Shown here: one piece after another, positions 1 through 10,671 of the stretch | How the letters are laid out: each line of letters opens with the position of its first letter | Numbering within the stretch: position 1 is the stretch's first letter | Origin: Myxococcales bacterium | Lineage (GTDB): Bacteria; Myxococcota; UBA727; GCA-2721815 | Reading direction: 5' to 3' | DNA length: 64,000 nt | Assembly (NCBI GenBank): GCA_002721815.1 | Contig: PBLQ01000046.1 | Coordinates: 2,688 to 66,687 of the forward strand | The notes under the pieces: model-generated | What the model saw: only the letters and a program-made list of their open reading frames with translations | Told to the model about the DNA's origin: nothing | Databases searched by the model: none | Made by a program: the position numbers and the translations under genes

Positions 1-246
1 TTGTGCCTTTTTCGGCAGGCTTAATTTTTGGCCAGGTTGCAGCCCTTCACGCTGCAAAAAATGCTTGTTCAAATCGGCGATTTCTGGCCATCGGGTAGGG
101 TCTCCGAGCTCCCGTTTAGCGATTGCCCAAAGGGAATCCCCTTTTTTTACAAGTACTTGGTTATCACCCAGTTTGGGGTCTGGCCCCGCTGTATTTTGGG
201 CCGAACTGATCGATGTGGACTGTGAAGCGCCGTTGACTTTAACCAT
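1..246 (-). CDS. LysM peptidoglycan-binding domain protein, partial (3' end runs off the left edge; missing from the ORF track)
   Basis: Reverse-strand translation from ATG 246 with AGGAG RBS gives MVKVNG...VLVKKGDSLWAIAKRELGDPTRWPEIADLN...GLQPGQKLSLP, a classic LysM signature; frame stays open to base 1. Confidence 0.85.
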   Translation of the reverse strand, partial: MVKVNGASQSTSISSAQNTAGPDPKLGDNQVLVKKGDSLWAIAKRELGDPTRWPEIADLNKHFLQREGLQPGQKLSLPKKAQ

Positions 247-449
247 AGTGAGAACTCCTAAAACCGTTTGCCCATCAAGTATCGCTAGCCTTGCACAAAA
301 GTTGCCCCCAGAGCAAAGGTGATCCACATCACAGCACGCTTGAGCACAACCCCTTCATTGTGGCACACTTCCGCCGAGCATTTGTTACATTTAAGAAGGC
401 TGGTTGATTTAAATCAGTTCGGTTCTGTTCGTTTTCTGAGAGTTCTAAA

Positions 450-1211
450 TTGCGGTTATTATTGGCTTTTCTGTTTTTTTCAGCCTTAGCGAGCACCTCT
501 GCGGTTGCTGAGGATCTGAATTTGGCCAAACAGGCTGAAGAAAAGGCCTTTGCCGCTGCGGATCAGGGTCTTTGGTGCGATGCCACCCTGCACTTCTTAA
601 AAGCGCACCAAGAAGCCCCCGCGGCACAGTATATTTATAATGCTGCCATGGCGGCGGATTCCGCCGGTGATCGCCGATGGGCCTTACACCTGTTCGTCTT
701 GATCTTGGGCACCTATCCAGACGATGAGCGCACAAAAACCATTTCGGAAAGAACCCAAATCATCAGCCAAGAGATCGCGAAAGAGGGACCGGGTAACCCC
801 TGCGCCACCCGGGTGGCAGACAACACGCCCCAGACCCAAAAAGACGCCTTTTGGCTCGAAACAACCCCAATGCCACCAGCCCCTCCGGCACCTTCAGCAC
901 CCACCCCAATGGTATTTGGCGACACCAACATTCGTTGGACCGTGGTGGCCACGGGCGGAACGCTGGCGCTGGGCGGAGCGACCATGACCGTTTTTGGTGC
1001 GTACCCTTACATTGAAGGTTTGGAACTATACCAACGCGTGCTCGACGATAACTCCTCCCAAAACCGGCAAGCTTACACCCTCGTACGGGAACGTTGGCAG
1101 TCTCTGGGACGCCCCGTAGCCATTGCGGGAGCTGCCGCATTCACCCTGGGCGGCATCGTCACTGCCTTTGGACTCAAGTGGGCCCTTGAAAAACCGGAGG
1201 GCTCAGAATGA
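450..1211 (+). CDS. Secreted/membrane protein with N-terminal TPR-like helices and a C-terminal Gly-rich hydrophobic hairpin
   Basis: Signal peptide MRLLLAFLFFSALASTSAVA; TPR-like ATLHFLKAHQ..AAQYIYNAAMA; Pro linker; two Gly-rich hydrophobic segments; ATGA overlap with next gene. Confidence 0.7.
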   Translation: MRLLLAFLFFSALASTSAVAEDLNLAKQAEEKAFAAADQGLWCDATLHFLKAHQEAPAAQYIYNAAMAADSAGDRRWALHLFVLILGTYPDDERTKTISERTQIISQEIAKEGPGNPCATRVADNTPQTQKDAFWLETTPMPPAPPAPSAPTPMVFGDTNIRWTVVATGGTLALGGATMTVFGAYPYIEGLELYQRVLDDNSSQNRQAYTLVRERWQSLGRPVAIAGAAAFTLGGIVTAFGLKWALEKPEGSE

Positions 1212-4003
1212 GAAGTTTTAGGCCGTCGGTTTGTTTTTTTTGGGGCAGCATTTTCAGCCTATTAATGGCTTGTGACCTCCCTGAGCTGCCACCAGAGCCC
1301 TTGGCCCAACCCGTTCTGACCGCCGAGCCAGAAACCATTCTGAGCGGCACCCCCGATGTACAAACCACCGAACGCAATGCTTCGTTTGAGTTTACCTGTG
1401 ATTTGGGAGATGGATGCCGGTTTGAATGCCGCATGGATGACCAAGCTTTTTTTGCCTGTGAATCTCCCACTGTTTTTGAAGGCTTGGCTTACGGGGAGCA
1501 TCAATTTTTTGTGCGGGCCATCGATGAGCAAAATCGCACCGATACCACACCAGCCAGCTTTACATGGCTGATCACCAAAAATGGTGCCGGGAGCAATATC
1601 GACTCCTTAGAAGTGGTGCCACTCGAATTTAATCAAGTCACTGCCACCTTCAGCTGCGGCGTCACCAATTGCAGTTTCAAATGCCAACTGGATGATACGC
1701 CTAAATTCGATTGTGAATCCCCACTGGTTCTCGAGCGTGTGGCCACGGGCGCGCACCAACTTAAAGTACAAGCTTATGACCTCGACGATGTCGCTGTTCC
1801 AGATTCAGACGTCGCTGATTTTGAAATCGAAGATTTTTGGAAAACAGTTTCAACCAAATCGGCCCATACCTGCGCTTTAAGAACCGATGGAAAAATCTTT
1901 TGCTGGGGACTCAATTTTTCTTACCAACTGGGACACGATGACCAAGAAGTCAATGCGCAACCGATTCCCATGGGCTCAGATAACGACTGGGACGCAGTCA
2001 AAACCGGAGCGAGGCACACTTGCGCCCTCAAAAACGATCGGAGTTTGTGGTGCTGGGGTGCCAACCACGATGGCAATTTGGCCACCGGTGAAGATGTCGA
2101 AACGCTCGAAAAATGTGGAACAACCCAAGTTGCCAGCGAGGTCATCTGCAACCAAGCAACCCCGAGACAGATCGCGACCGACAAGACGTGGCTGACAATT
2201 TCAGTGGGCTGGCAACACACCTGTGCCATCGATGAAACACGAAACCTGTATTGCTGGGGGAAAAATGCGAATGGTCAAGCGGGCCATCCGAACCTGAAAA
2301 ACCAAAGCGAACTGCACCTTGTCTCAGATCAACGGTGGCTCGCCATTGCCGCTGGCGTGAGCGGTACTTGTGGCATTCAAGAAGATCACTCTTTACACTG
2401 TTGGGGCCGTTGGCACCAAGACCATCAAAATGCAGCTCCCACTTTGGTCAGTGAAAACACGGACTGGGCCAGCATTGCCGCTGGAGGGGCGTACGACGTC
2501 AACTCTTTCTGCGCCATTAAAGAAGATGCAAGCTTGTGGTGTTTTGGCGATGATAATGATGGCATCCTTGGCCTTGGCGAAACCCCCACACAAACCCATT
2601 TGCCGCAACAGCTTGAGCAAATAGACAAAGCGATTTCCGTGAGCGTGGGCGCCTCCCATAGCTGCAGCGTCAGTGAAAACAATAAATTGTGGTGTTGGGG
2701 GCAAAACGATCAAGGTCAAATTGGTAATAACCTTGTACTTGGCTCATCGAGTCAATTAGAGCCTCAGTTGTTTAACGAAACTCAAAGCTGGCAAACCGTC
2801 ACAGCGGGGCTCGCACATAATTGCGCGTTAACGGTTCAGGGTAAATTGTATTGTTGGGGGCGCAACCAATACGGGGCCACTGGCACCTCTTTGAGCGCTC
2901 AATTAATTATAGGCTGGGAGGCGCTGGACACCCAATCTTTGAGCTGGATCGATCTTGCGGCTGCGGGCGCTTCCGCCTGCGCCATTAAAGATGATAAATC
3001 CCTATGGTGCTGGGGCAAAAGTGGTGAGACCCCGCTGGGAAACACTTCTAATTTTCACTTACAACAACCTGCCCAGGTGGGCGTCTTTCAGTGGTTGTCC
3101 TTAAGTGCTGGTGAACGGCACGCCTGCGGCATTCAAGGCGATCGCTCTTTACATTGTTGGGGGCAAAACGATGCACATCAGGTGAGCTCCGACGATGTAA
3201 ATAACGTCGTGGCTCCCACCTTGGTATCAGATGCGAGTTGGGAATCGGTATCCGTAGGGCAAAACCATGCCTGTGGCATTCACGATGATGGAGATATGTT
3301 CTGCTGGGGACTCAACTCCTTTGGACAGACCGGACAAACCCCTGGCGCCCCCACGAACCTCCCTCAAAAAGTTGGCCACGAATCCATTTTTTACCAAGTC
3401 AGTAGCGGCGCCAACCACACCTGTGCGCTCGATGCCCAAAAATCTCTTTATTGTTGGGGCAAAAATGATGTGGGGCAACTGGGCGTGTCCACCAGCACCG
3501 TTGAACAAACACACTTGCCGCAACAAGTCATCGCCGACAGCGTTACGGCTTTTCAAAAAGTGACGGTAGGCGACCATCACGCATGTGGCATCGATGAAGA
3601 AAAAGCATTGTGGTGTTGGGGTAAAAATGACCGAGGGCAATGTGGTGCCAACGCTGAGGAAAACAGCATGGTCAGCCCCATGCGGGTAGGTACCCTCAAC
3701 TCTTGGCAACACGTGGCAGCCGGAAAACAAATCACCTGTGCCATTCGACAAGGTGGCTCTTTATTCTGCTGGGGTGCTGTGATTTTCCACAACGCATTAC
3801 CCGACCTCATCGATTACACCTCTGAGCCAACACTGATCGACAGCAGTTTATCCTACGCCACGGTAAGTGTGGGGGATGGCTTCATCATGGGCCTCGATGA
3901 AAACGGGAAACGATACGGAAGAGGTCAAAATCACTATGGCCAACTGGGCAATGAACAGGCTTGGACTTTTGGTCCAGAAATGATCACCACCACCGAACCC
4001 TAG
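1208..4003 (+). CDS. RCC1/BLIP-II repeat lipoprotein with two N-terminal Ig-like domains
   Basis: Lipobox LLMAC; two F.C..D...F..C.SP...L..G.H Ig-like units; about 14 repeats of HtCA....g.L.CWG.N..GQ.G. Confidence 0.9.
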   Translation: MRSFRPSVCFFWGSIFSLLMACDLPELPPEPLAQPVLTAEPETILSGTPDVQTTERNASFEFTCDLGDGCRFECRMDDQAFFACESPTVFEGLAYGEHQFFVRAIDEQNRTDTTPASFTWLITKNGAGSNIDSLEVVPLEFNQVTATFSCGVTNCSFKCQLDDTPKFDCESPLVLERVATGAHQLKVQAYDLDDVAVPDSDVADFEIEDFWKTVSTKSAHTCALRTDGKIFCWGLNFSYQLGHDDQEVNAQPIPMGSDNDWDAVKTGARHTCALKNDRSLWCWGANHDGNLATGEDVETLEKCGTTQVASEVICNQATPRQIATDKTWLTISVGWQHTCAIDETRNLYCWGKNANGQAGHPNLKNQSELHLVSDQRWLAIAAGVSGTCGIQEDHSLHCWGRWHQDHQNAAPTLVSENTDWASIAAGGAYDVNSFCAIKEDASLWCFGDDNDGILGLGETPTQTHLPQQLEQIDKAISVSVGASHSCSVSENNKLWCWGQNDQGQIGNNLVLGSSSQLEPQLFNETQSWQTVTAGLAHNCALTVQGKLYCWGRNQYGATGTSLSAQLIIGWEALDTQSLSWIDLAAAGASACAIKDDKSLWCWGKSGETPLGNTSNFHLQQPAQVGVFQWLSLSAGERHACGIQGDRSLHCWGQNDAHQVSSDDVNNVVAPTLVSDASWESVSVGQNHACGIHDDGDMFCWGLNSFGQTGQTPGAPTNLPQKVGHESIFYQVSSGANHTCALDAQKSLYCWGKNDVGQLGVSTSTVEQTHLPQQVIADSVTAFQKVTVGDHHACGIDEEKALWCWGKNDRGQCGANAEENSMVSPMRVGTLNSWQHVAAGKQITCAIRQGGSLFCWGAVIFHNALPDLIDYTSEPTLIDSSLSYATVSVGDGFIMGLDENGKRYGRGQNHYGQLGNEQAWTFGPEMITTTEP

Positions 4004-4012
4004 TTGAGGCTC

Positions 4013-5305
4013 TCAAGACAACGCGCGGTCGAGGTCTTCTAGCTGGGGAGATAAAGCCGATACACGGGTTTCTTTACTTAAGATCTCTTGCAGGGCCGGC
4101 GGAATGGGCACTTCTTCGCCAATCAAAGGCTCTACAGTTTCGGGGAATTTGGCTGGGTGTGCCGTGGCCACGCAAATGCTGCCCGCTAGATTTTCACGCG
4201 CCAACACCTCAAAAGCGGTGGCAGTATGCGGACAGACCACCAAACCTTGCTCCGCTTTAACGCGCTGGATGCGGTCTCGAATTTCAGCATCGGAAACCGT
4301 AAAGGCCGACATGTCCTCCATCAGCTTTGGGATATCTCCAGACACCAGATGCAACAAACGCTCCATGTTACTGGGGTTTCCTACATCCATGGCATTGGCC
4401 AAGGTCGGAATGGATGGCCGCGGCTCAAATGAAAGATTGTTAAAAGTATCAGTCACCACACCATTGGCATTGTTGGACATCACAATATCCGCGATGGGAA
4501 AGCCCATGCGTTTGGCCCAAAGCGCAGCGGTGGCATTACCTACATTTCCCGAGGGAATAATAAAGCGGGCGGGTTTTTGGGTTCGCTTGAAATAGGCTAA
4601 GGAAGCGTGGGCATAGTAAATGGATTGGGGCAATAACCGACCGATGTTGATGCTATTCGCCGAGGTCAGTTGATATTTTTTGCTCATTTCCTCGCTGGCA
4701 AATGCAGCTTTCACCAGCTTTTGGCAATCATCAAAGACACCGTCAACGGCGTAAGCACTCACGTTCCCATCAAAAGCGGTGAGTTGTTGGCGCTGTCGCG
4801 GTGCCACCCCGTTCTGGGGAAAAAGGACCGCAACGCGAATGCCAGGCTGGTGGTGAAAAGCAGAGGCCACCGCGCCCCCTGTGTCGCCAGAAGTAGCCAC
4901 CAAAACCGTGAGGTCTTGTTGTTGCTCTTGTTCAGCATGCCAAGCCGCAAAACAATTGGCTAAAAATCGAGCACCGACATCTTTAAAGGCTGCCGTGGGT
5001 CCCCAATATAATTCTAAGAGGGCGTTTTCATTGTCATCCAGAAAATTGAGGGGCATATCAAAAGTAAAAGTTCGTTCACAAATCTGCGCCAATGAGGGAG
5101 CTAACACACTGCCTTCAAAAAACGGTTTGAAAACTTTTTGCGCAAAGGCCACATAATCATCGGGAAAAGAATCATCACCCTCAACGCCCCCAAAGCGCGG
5201 AAAAGCTTCAGGAACAAAAAGGCCGCCATCTGGCGCCAGCCCCAAGCGCAAGGCCTCTTCTAAAGGATAAGTTTTGGTGGAATTACGGGTGGAGATATAC
5301 TGCAA
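4013..5305 (-). CDS. thrC: Threonine synthase
   Basis: MQYISTR start, GLAPDGGLFVP, GPTAAFKD (PLP Lys), ATSGDTG, SANSINIGRL, ATAHPAKF; TTG start with GAGGAG RBS. Confidence 0.97.
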   Translation of the reverse strand: MQYISTRNSTKTYPLEEALRLGLAPDGGLFVPEAFPRFGGVEGDDSFPDDYVAFAQKVFKPFFEGSVLAPSLAQICERTFTFDMPLNFLDDNENALLELYWGPTAAFKDVGARFLANCFAAWHAEQEQQQDLTVLVATSGDTGGAVASAFHHQPGIRVAVLFPQNGVAPRQRQQLTAFDGNVSAYAVDGVFDDCQKLVKAAFASEEMSKKYQLTSANSINIGRLLPQSIYYAHASLAYFKRTQKPARFIIPSGNVGNATAALWAKRMGFPIADIVMSNNANGVVTDTFNNLSFEPRPSIPTLANAMDVGNPSNMERLLHLVSGDIPKLMEDMSAFTVSDAEIRDRIQRVKAEQGLVVCPHTATAFEVLARENLAGSICVATAHPAKFPETVEPLIGEEVPIPPALQEILSKETRVSALSPQLEDLDRALS

Positions 5306-5315
5306 CTTCTGCTCC

Positions 5316-6290
5316 TCAACTATCTAAAATATGTGCGCCTTGATGCGGTATTTCGCAGACCCAAACCTGAGAAGCGACCCCGTGAGCCTCATAGACTTCC
5401 TGCATGCGCTTACCAGCCCGAGCCGCCGTTTGTTCATTCTCGCACAACGCAAAAATGGCTGGGCCTGCTCCGGAAATGGAAGCCCCCAAAACGCCGGGGC
5501 CGCTGGCACTGGCCTGAACCTCGTCAAAATGGGGGATGAGTGATTTTCGCTGTGGCTCGATCCATTCGTCGATAAAATGTTCCGCAATCAAATCGTAGTC
5601 ACCCTCAGCGCAACCTAAAATAAAAGCAGCCAAGCGTGCCTGTTGCTTAATAACCAAGTTTGTAGGCACACTTTCCGCCAGTAACGCACGGGCCTCTTCG
5701 GTTTTGATCCCCACATCGGGCTTAATCACCGCCACACTTAACCCCGGCGGCAATGGAATGCGACCAATAGAAATGGGGTCTACGGAGAAAACCCCTACGA
5801 GTCCCCCATAAAGGGCAGGGGCAACATTGTCTGCATGCCGAGCACCACTGGCCACAGCTTCACCATCCAGCGCGTAGAGCAACAAGGTGTCTTCAGGCAA
5901 AGGATCTTTCAACAATTCATTGAGGGCAACCACGGCCGCAACGGCGGACGCTGCCGCCCCGCCGAGTCCCGAGCCCAGGGGAATTCCTTTCTGGATTTCT
6001 ACCGTCACATCTGCATGCAAGGACTCTCCTTCAAGAAAAGAAAGAATGGCCTTGCCGGCCGTATTGTTTGCGGCTTCCAAGGGCAGTTTTGCCCCGTCAG
6101 TCCCCTCAATACTTTTGATGATCACCTGATTGACCGTTTCGGACTGCGCAGGGGATAATGCCACTTTTACAACGTCACCCACATGAGCAAGTGTACCCCC
6201 AAGAACGTCAAACCCCACCACCATATTACCAATGGTGGCCGGTGCAAACGCAGAAGCCGCCGCGCCTTTGAATGCATCGGACAAGGTCAT
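5316..6290 (-). CDS. thrB: Homoserine kinase
   Basis: APATIGN..VGFDVLG, KGIPLGSGLG, HADNVAPALYGG, ISGAGP; located between thrA and thrC. Confidence 0.95.
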   Translation of the reverse strand: MTLSDAFKGAAASAFAPATIGNMVVGFDVLGGTLAHVGDVVKVALSPAQSETVNQVIIKSIEGTDGAKLPLEAANNTAGKAILSFLEGESLHADVTVEIQKGIPLGSGLGGAAASAVAAVVALNELLKDPLPEDTLLLYALDGEAVASGARHADNVAPALYGGLVGVFSVDPISIGRIPLPPGLSVAVIKPDVGIKTEEARALLAESVPTNLVIKQQARLAAFILGCAEGDYDLIAEHFIDEWIEPQRKSLIPHFDEVQASASGPGVLGASISGAGPAIFALCENEQTAARAGKRMQEVYEAHGVASQVWVCEIPHQGAHILDS

Positions 6291-8758
6291 GAACGCGCAC
6301 CCAAATGCGCCGCCAAACGTAACAAGTCAGCAAAAACCCCACCGGCGGTGACTTGCGGGCCAGCACCGGGGCCCCGAATGACCAAGGGTTGATCACAATA
6401 GCGCTCCGTGGTGAAGGCGATCATGTTATCGCTGCCCGAAAGACCGTAGCAGGGATGGCTCATGTCGATAGACACCAGTTTAACTTCTGCCTGGCCTTTT
6501 TCGCTGATGCGACCCAGGTAACATATTTTCTTATTTGCCTTTTGGGCCTCTTCTAATTTTTGTGCCATCGGTGCGTCCATGGCCGACAATTTGGACAAAA
6601 ACTGCGCCACGTCATCTTCAGCATCTAAACCCTCCGGCATGACCGCTTCCACGTCCACATCTTCAAGACTCAGTGGCAAACCCATTTCGCGAGCCAAAAT
6701 GACCAATTTACGAGCCACATCCAAACCCATGAGATCATCCCGTGGGTGCGGCTCTGTGTAGCCGCGTTCTTTGGCCCCTTTGACCACTTCAGAAAAAGGC
6801 AAGCTCCCATCGTAAGTGTTGAACAGATACGACATGGTACCCGAAAGGATGCCCTCTGCATGCAACACCCGATCTCCCGTTCGGCGCAATTCACGCAAGG
6901 AAGAAATCACTGGGAGCCCTGCCCCCACCGTGGCTTCATAAAAATAATGGGTGTGCTTTTCTTTTTTGAGCGCCATTAATTTTTTGTGCTGCGCCAGATC
7001 TCCGGAGTTGGCTTTTTTGTTCGGTGTGATCACGTGGATGCCACGATTCAACCAGCCCTCGTAATGGCTCGCCACAAAATCACTGGCAGAACAGTCGATC
7101 ATCACGGTGTGCGGCAGACCGTCGGCACAAATGGCTTCTGCAAACCGATTTAAGTCTACGGGCGTGCCTTCTTGCAGATCGGACTCCCAATGCTCCATGG
7201 AAATGCCAAGCTCATCGTGAATCATGGTTTTTGAATTGGCGATGCCCAGTACGCGCAAATCAATTTTATAATCTTCGAGAAGCTTGTCTCGCTGGGCGCG
7301 CAACTGTTGTAGAAGCGTTTTACCAATAAGCCCCGGGCCCACAATGCCCACGGCCAACGTTTGATCCGAAAGATAAAAAGCAGCATGAACCGACTGAATG
7401 GCACGTGCCGTTTGCGCCTGGTCGATAACCGCAGTGATGTTTCGCTCCGAAGAGCCCTGCGCAATGGCGCGTACGTTAATGCCCGCCTGTCCCAGTGCTT
7501 TAAAAAATAAAGCCGCCACCCCGGTACGGGCTGCCATCACATCACCCACTGCGGCAATGATGGCACAGTTTTCCTGCACATCCACCGTTTGAATTTTGCC
7601 GTGGTTTAACTCGTATGTGAAAACCTGCTCTACCGCCGATTTCGCTCGTGCCGCTTGGCCCTCGGGCACGGCAAAGCAAATGGAGTGCTCCGAAGACGCC
7701 TGAGAGATCATCACCACCGAAATGTTGGCCTCTCGAAGCCCACCGAACAAACGCGATGCGATACCAGGCACCCCGATCATGCCCGAGCCTTCCACATTGA
7801 TGAGCGCCAAATTTTGAATGGAGGCCAATCCTTTCACCACCGCATTATCGTCGGGTTGGGCAGAGTGAATACAGGTTCCGGGCGCCTCGGGGTTTCCAGT
7901 ATTTTTGATCCAAATGGGAATGGAGCGCTCCACCATAGGCGCCATGGTGTTGGGATGAATTACCTTCGCGCCAAAATAAGCCAGCTCCATGGCCTCTTGA
8001 TAAGACAACTGCTTTTGAATGATGGGTTGCACCACCAACCGAGGATCGGCGCTAAAGACACCGTCCACATCGGTCCAAATGGTGACATCATCAGCCTTGA
8101 GCAAAGCCGCAAAGATGGACGCGGAATAATCGGAACCATTTCGCTTCAAAGTGGTGGGGGCCCCTTTTTCATCAGATGCGATGTAACCGGTCACTACCCA
8201 AAGCTGGTGGGGGTGCTCTGATTGCCACCGCGCCAAGCGCGTCTCACTGGGCTCCCACAAAGGCACCGGGCCCACCTCTTGATGCGTAATGCTTAAGATT
8301 TCTCGGGCATCACAAAAAGCAGCATCCGCACCCAAGACTTGCAAATAACATGAGAGCAATTTGGCGGACAGCAATTCGCCATAGCCGCTGATCAAATCAG
8401 ATGACTCTTCAGAGAAATGCCGAGCCAATGAAACCGCTCGCAGTAAATCTTCTAAGTCTCGTGTTTGCTTCGTCAAAAAAGCCTCAAAACCATCTGCCTG
8501 CTCATTTTCTAGCAACGCGGCGGCCACTTCTTTGTGTCGTCGCTTCATGGCCAGTAACACTTCGAGGTAATGGTCATCGCCAGCCTCGGCAAGTTTGCCC
8601 ATCTCAATCAAACTGTCGGTCACACCACCCATGGCCGATACCACCACTGCCAAGGGCTGGTTGGCGGCTTCACGAACAATCTTCGCCACCCGCTGGAACA
8701 TGCCTTCGTCTTTGAGGGAAGTTCCGCCAAACTTAAATACGCGCCAATTCTTGTCCAC
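6287..8758 (-). CDS. thrA: Bifunctional aspartokinase/homoserine dehydrogenase
   Basis: KFGGTS, RNGSDYSA, WTDVDGV..ADPR, two ACT domains (SQASSEHS, AQGSSERNI), GPGLIG, YEATVGAGLP, GPGAG; GTG start with AGGAG RBS. Confidence 0.97.
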   Translation of the reverse strand: MDKNWRVFKFGGTSLKDEGMFQRVAKIVREAANQPLAVVVSAMGGVTDSLIEMGKLAEAGDDHYLEVLLAMKRRHKEVAAALLENEQADGFEAFLTKQTRDLEDLLRAVSLARHFSEESSDLISGYGELLSAKLLSCYLQVLGADAAFCDAREILSITHQEVGPVPLWEPSETRLARWQSEHPHQLWVVTGYIASDEKGAPTTLKRNGSDYSASIFAALLKADDVTIWTDVDGVFSADPRLVVQPIIQKQLSYQEAMELAYFGAKVIHPNTMAPMVERSIPIWIKNTGNPEAPGTCIHSAQPDDNAVVKGLASIQNLALINVEGSGMIGVPGIASRLFGGLREANISVVMISQASSEHSICFAVPEGQAARAKSAVEQVFTYELNHGKIQTVDVQENCAIIAAVGDVMAARTGVAALFFKALGQAGINVRAIAQGSSERNITAVIDQAQTARAIQSVHAAFYLSDQTLAVGIVGPGLIGKTLLQQLRAQRDKLLEDYKIDLRVLGIANSKTMIHDELGISMEHWESDLQEGTPVDLNRFAEAICADGLPHTVMIDCSASDFVASHYEGWLNRGIHVITPNKKANSGDLAQHKKLMALKKEKHTHYFYEATVGAGLPVISSLRELRRTGDRVLHAEGILSGTMSYLFNTYDGSLPFSEVVKGAKERGYTEPHPRDDLMGLDVARKLVILAREMGLPLSLEDVDVEAVMPEGLDAEDDVAQFLSKLSAMDAPMAQKLEEAQKANKKICYLGRISEKGQAEVKLVSIDMSHPCYGLSGSDNMIAFTTERYCDQPLVIRGPGAGPQVTAGGVFADLLRLAAHLGARS

Positions 8759-8812
8759 GAGATTGCTCCTGTTGAACCATTCTTGTTAAAGGGGCGGGTG
8801 CATCAAATGCGT

Positions 8813-9526
8813 TCACCCGTTATTCGTTTTTTTTTGAGGTTCTTTTTTCTTCTTGGTTTTATTTTTCGAAGGGCCTGATGAAGGCTGTTTTTCTTTTTTC
8901 TTTTTGAGTTTTTTCAAATCTTGGGAAGCGTTGCTCTCCGGGGTTGACTCAACCGGAGTCGCCTCAGTGGGATCGACAGGAAGCAAAACTTCTTGGCCCT
9001 CTCTGTTTTCAGAAGGGCGCGCCACGGGCTGCGGAAGCGCCCAGTCGATCAACATGGGTGGCGCGAACAACAACAAGGTCCCCAGGCCAAAAACACCCAA
9101 ACCGACCCGGCCGGCACTTCGCGCAGCCAGTCGTTCATCGGGTTTCGATTGAGGACTGGTTTGGCTTTCGTAGTTAACAATGGCGATACTGCCACCCCCC
9201 AGGGCCAACAAACCGCCCACCGCGCCGGCGCCCAATGCTGCCAACACCAATCCGCCATGGGTGCCCGCCGGAAAAAGATTCATGGGAAACCCGCGCTGCT
9301 CGGTGTCCTTTTCGAAGTGTTCGGTAAGATTCTCGAATACCTCTGGGGTTTGCTCTGGTTCTTGGGGCTCAGCCGCATCAGCCTTGGGGGCCGTCTTGGA
9401 CTGGGCCACGGCACTGGATGCGGCAAGCGGCGCGAAAAGACAAAACAAGCCAAGTAAAAACACTGAAAATGAACGGCATCGCGAATTCATAAAACAGCCA
9501 TAGCACAAGTTGGATTCACAACACAT
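8813..9526 (-). CDS. Hypothetical secreted/membrane protein with Gly-rich hydrophobic hairpin and Lys-rich tail (start may be 9490)
   Basis: Signal-like VFLLGLFCLFAPLAASSAVA; two hydrophobic segments; KKLKKKKEK tail; same strand as neighbours. Confidence 0.65.
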   Translation of the reverse strand: MCCESNLCYGCFMNSRCRSFSVFLLGLFCLFAPLAASSAVAQSKTAPKADAAEPQEPEQTPEVFENLTEHFEKDTEQRGFPMNLFPAGTHGGLVLAALGAGAVGGLLALGGGSIAIVNYESQTSPQSKPDERLAARSAGRVGLGVFGLGTLLLFAPPMLIDWALPQPVARPSENREGQEVLLPVDPTEATPVESTPESNASQDLKKLKKKKEKQPSSGPSKNKTKKKKEPQKKTNNG

Positions 9527-9594
9527 TTTTTTAAAGCCATGAAAACCAGTATTTGGCCCTGAATTTTCAATCCAGCACGTCGAAAACGAACAAT

Positions 9595-10671
9595 TTAAAA
9601 CAATTGGAAATCAACCGGCGATTCCGGCGTAATTTTCACCGACCCCACGGGGGTGCTGGTGGCCCAAAAGTTGCGAATCTCGATGGAGCAATCACCGTCA
9701 ACGTCCAGGTAGGGGTAGTAGGTACCCTCTTCTTCTAACAAGGTTTCGAGGGGGATGGCGGCCAGTAAATCCTGATCACGATAAATACGAATGGACGTGG
9801 TACCAGCGTGAATCCGGTAGGTCCTCAACACGGTATCCATTTGGGCCAAATCAGTTATTTCGGGAGCCAGACTGTCTGACCGAGGGTACACCTCGAAAGA
9901 CATGTCCCGGTCAGTGCCAACGTTAAAGCCAAGCATTGGCGGATCGAAGCTCTGGTTTTTGCCGCCTTTCAATCCCCAAAAAACATTCTCGCAAGAACTG
10001 CCGTTCACTCGGAGCTTAAATGAAACATCAAAGGGAAGCGTCAACCCTTCACTCAAAACCATCATTTGATTGTCAGCAACACGAATGGACGCGTTATCGG
10101 GAACCGGTGCGCCCGTTCCAAAACACAACCATGGGGCCACACAAGCCTCGCCCGCCCCGAAATTATAAAATGCATCAAAAACATCGATGGGGCTGATGGT
10201 CGCTTCCCCCTCGGCGTCACCCGATTTGCTCTCCATCCACACCAAGGGCGCCCGTGCACCAGAAGCCAAAGAGGCACTCAAGGGGACCCAAACCGCATAG
10301 CGATCATCGAAGGTATCTAAAAACACGGGAACCGTTTTCCAAGTATTTTCATCGGCGTGGTAATATGTGTATCGAGTGTCGCTGGGAACTTCGTCCAGCT
10401 TCAGGGTCATTCCTGACGCGCCCACCCAAAACACCAATGCACCCGCTTCGGGTAATTCGGATACGGTTTCGTTTTCAAGAACCAGTAAACGTCGACGCTC
10501 ATAGGATTCATCATTCCAAGGTGGCGGGGTGCAGTAGCCGGCAGTACATTGACGCCCCACACCACAATCTTTCTCGCTTTCACAAGAATTATAACCCGCC
10601 TCTTCAATAGAAGGAATGAAGAGGCAACCGCTCATTAAGACGAGGCTGAAAAATGCGCTTACAACCTTCAT
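9595..10671 (-). CDS. Lipoprotein with 4-Cys motif, DUF2341-like region and lectin-like beta-sandwich
   Basis: Start moved to ATG 10671 (ATGA overlap with upstream stop); lipobox LMSGC; CESEKDCGVGRQCTAGYC; PPPW...YERRRLLVLEN resembles the DUF2341 N-terminus. Confidence 0.65.
   Translation of the reverse strand: MKVVSAFFSLVLMSGCLFIPSIEEAGYNSCESEKDCGVGRQCTAGYCTPPPWNDESYERRRLLVLENETVSELPEAGALVFWVGASGMTLKLDEVPSDTRYTYYHADENTWKTVPVFLDTFDDRYAVWVPLSASLASGARAPLVWMESKSGDAEGEATISPIDVFDAFYNFGAGEACVAPWLCFGTGAPVPDNASIRVADNQMMVLSEGLTLPFDVSFKLRVNGSSCENVFWGLKGGKNQSFDPPMLGFNVGTDRDMSFEVYPRSDSLAPEITDLAQMDTVLRTYRIHAGTTSIRIYRDQDLLAAIPLETLLEEEGTYYPYLDVDGDCSIEIRNFWATSTPVGSVKITPESPVDFQLF

Noticed and set aside
46-59. 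TTCACGCTGCAAAA also present near 37831
   Set aside because: A single 14-bp match inside unrelated CDSs; compatible with chance
28-322. Short + strand ORFs at the window start
   Set aside because: They overlap the clearly recognisable minus-strand LysM gene
8759-8812. thrL-like leader peptide/attenuator
   Set aside because: The gap is too short and has no Thr/Ile-rich mini-ORF
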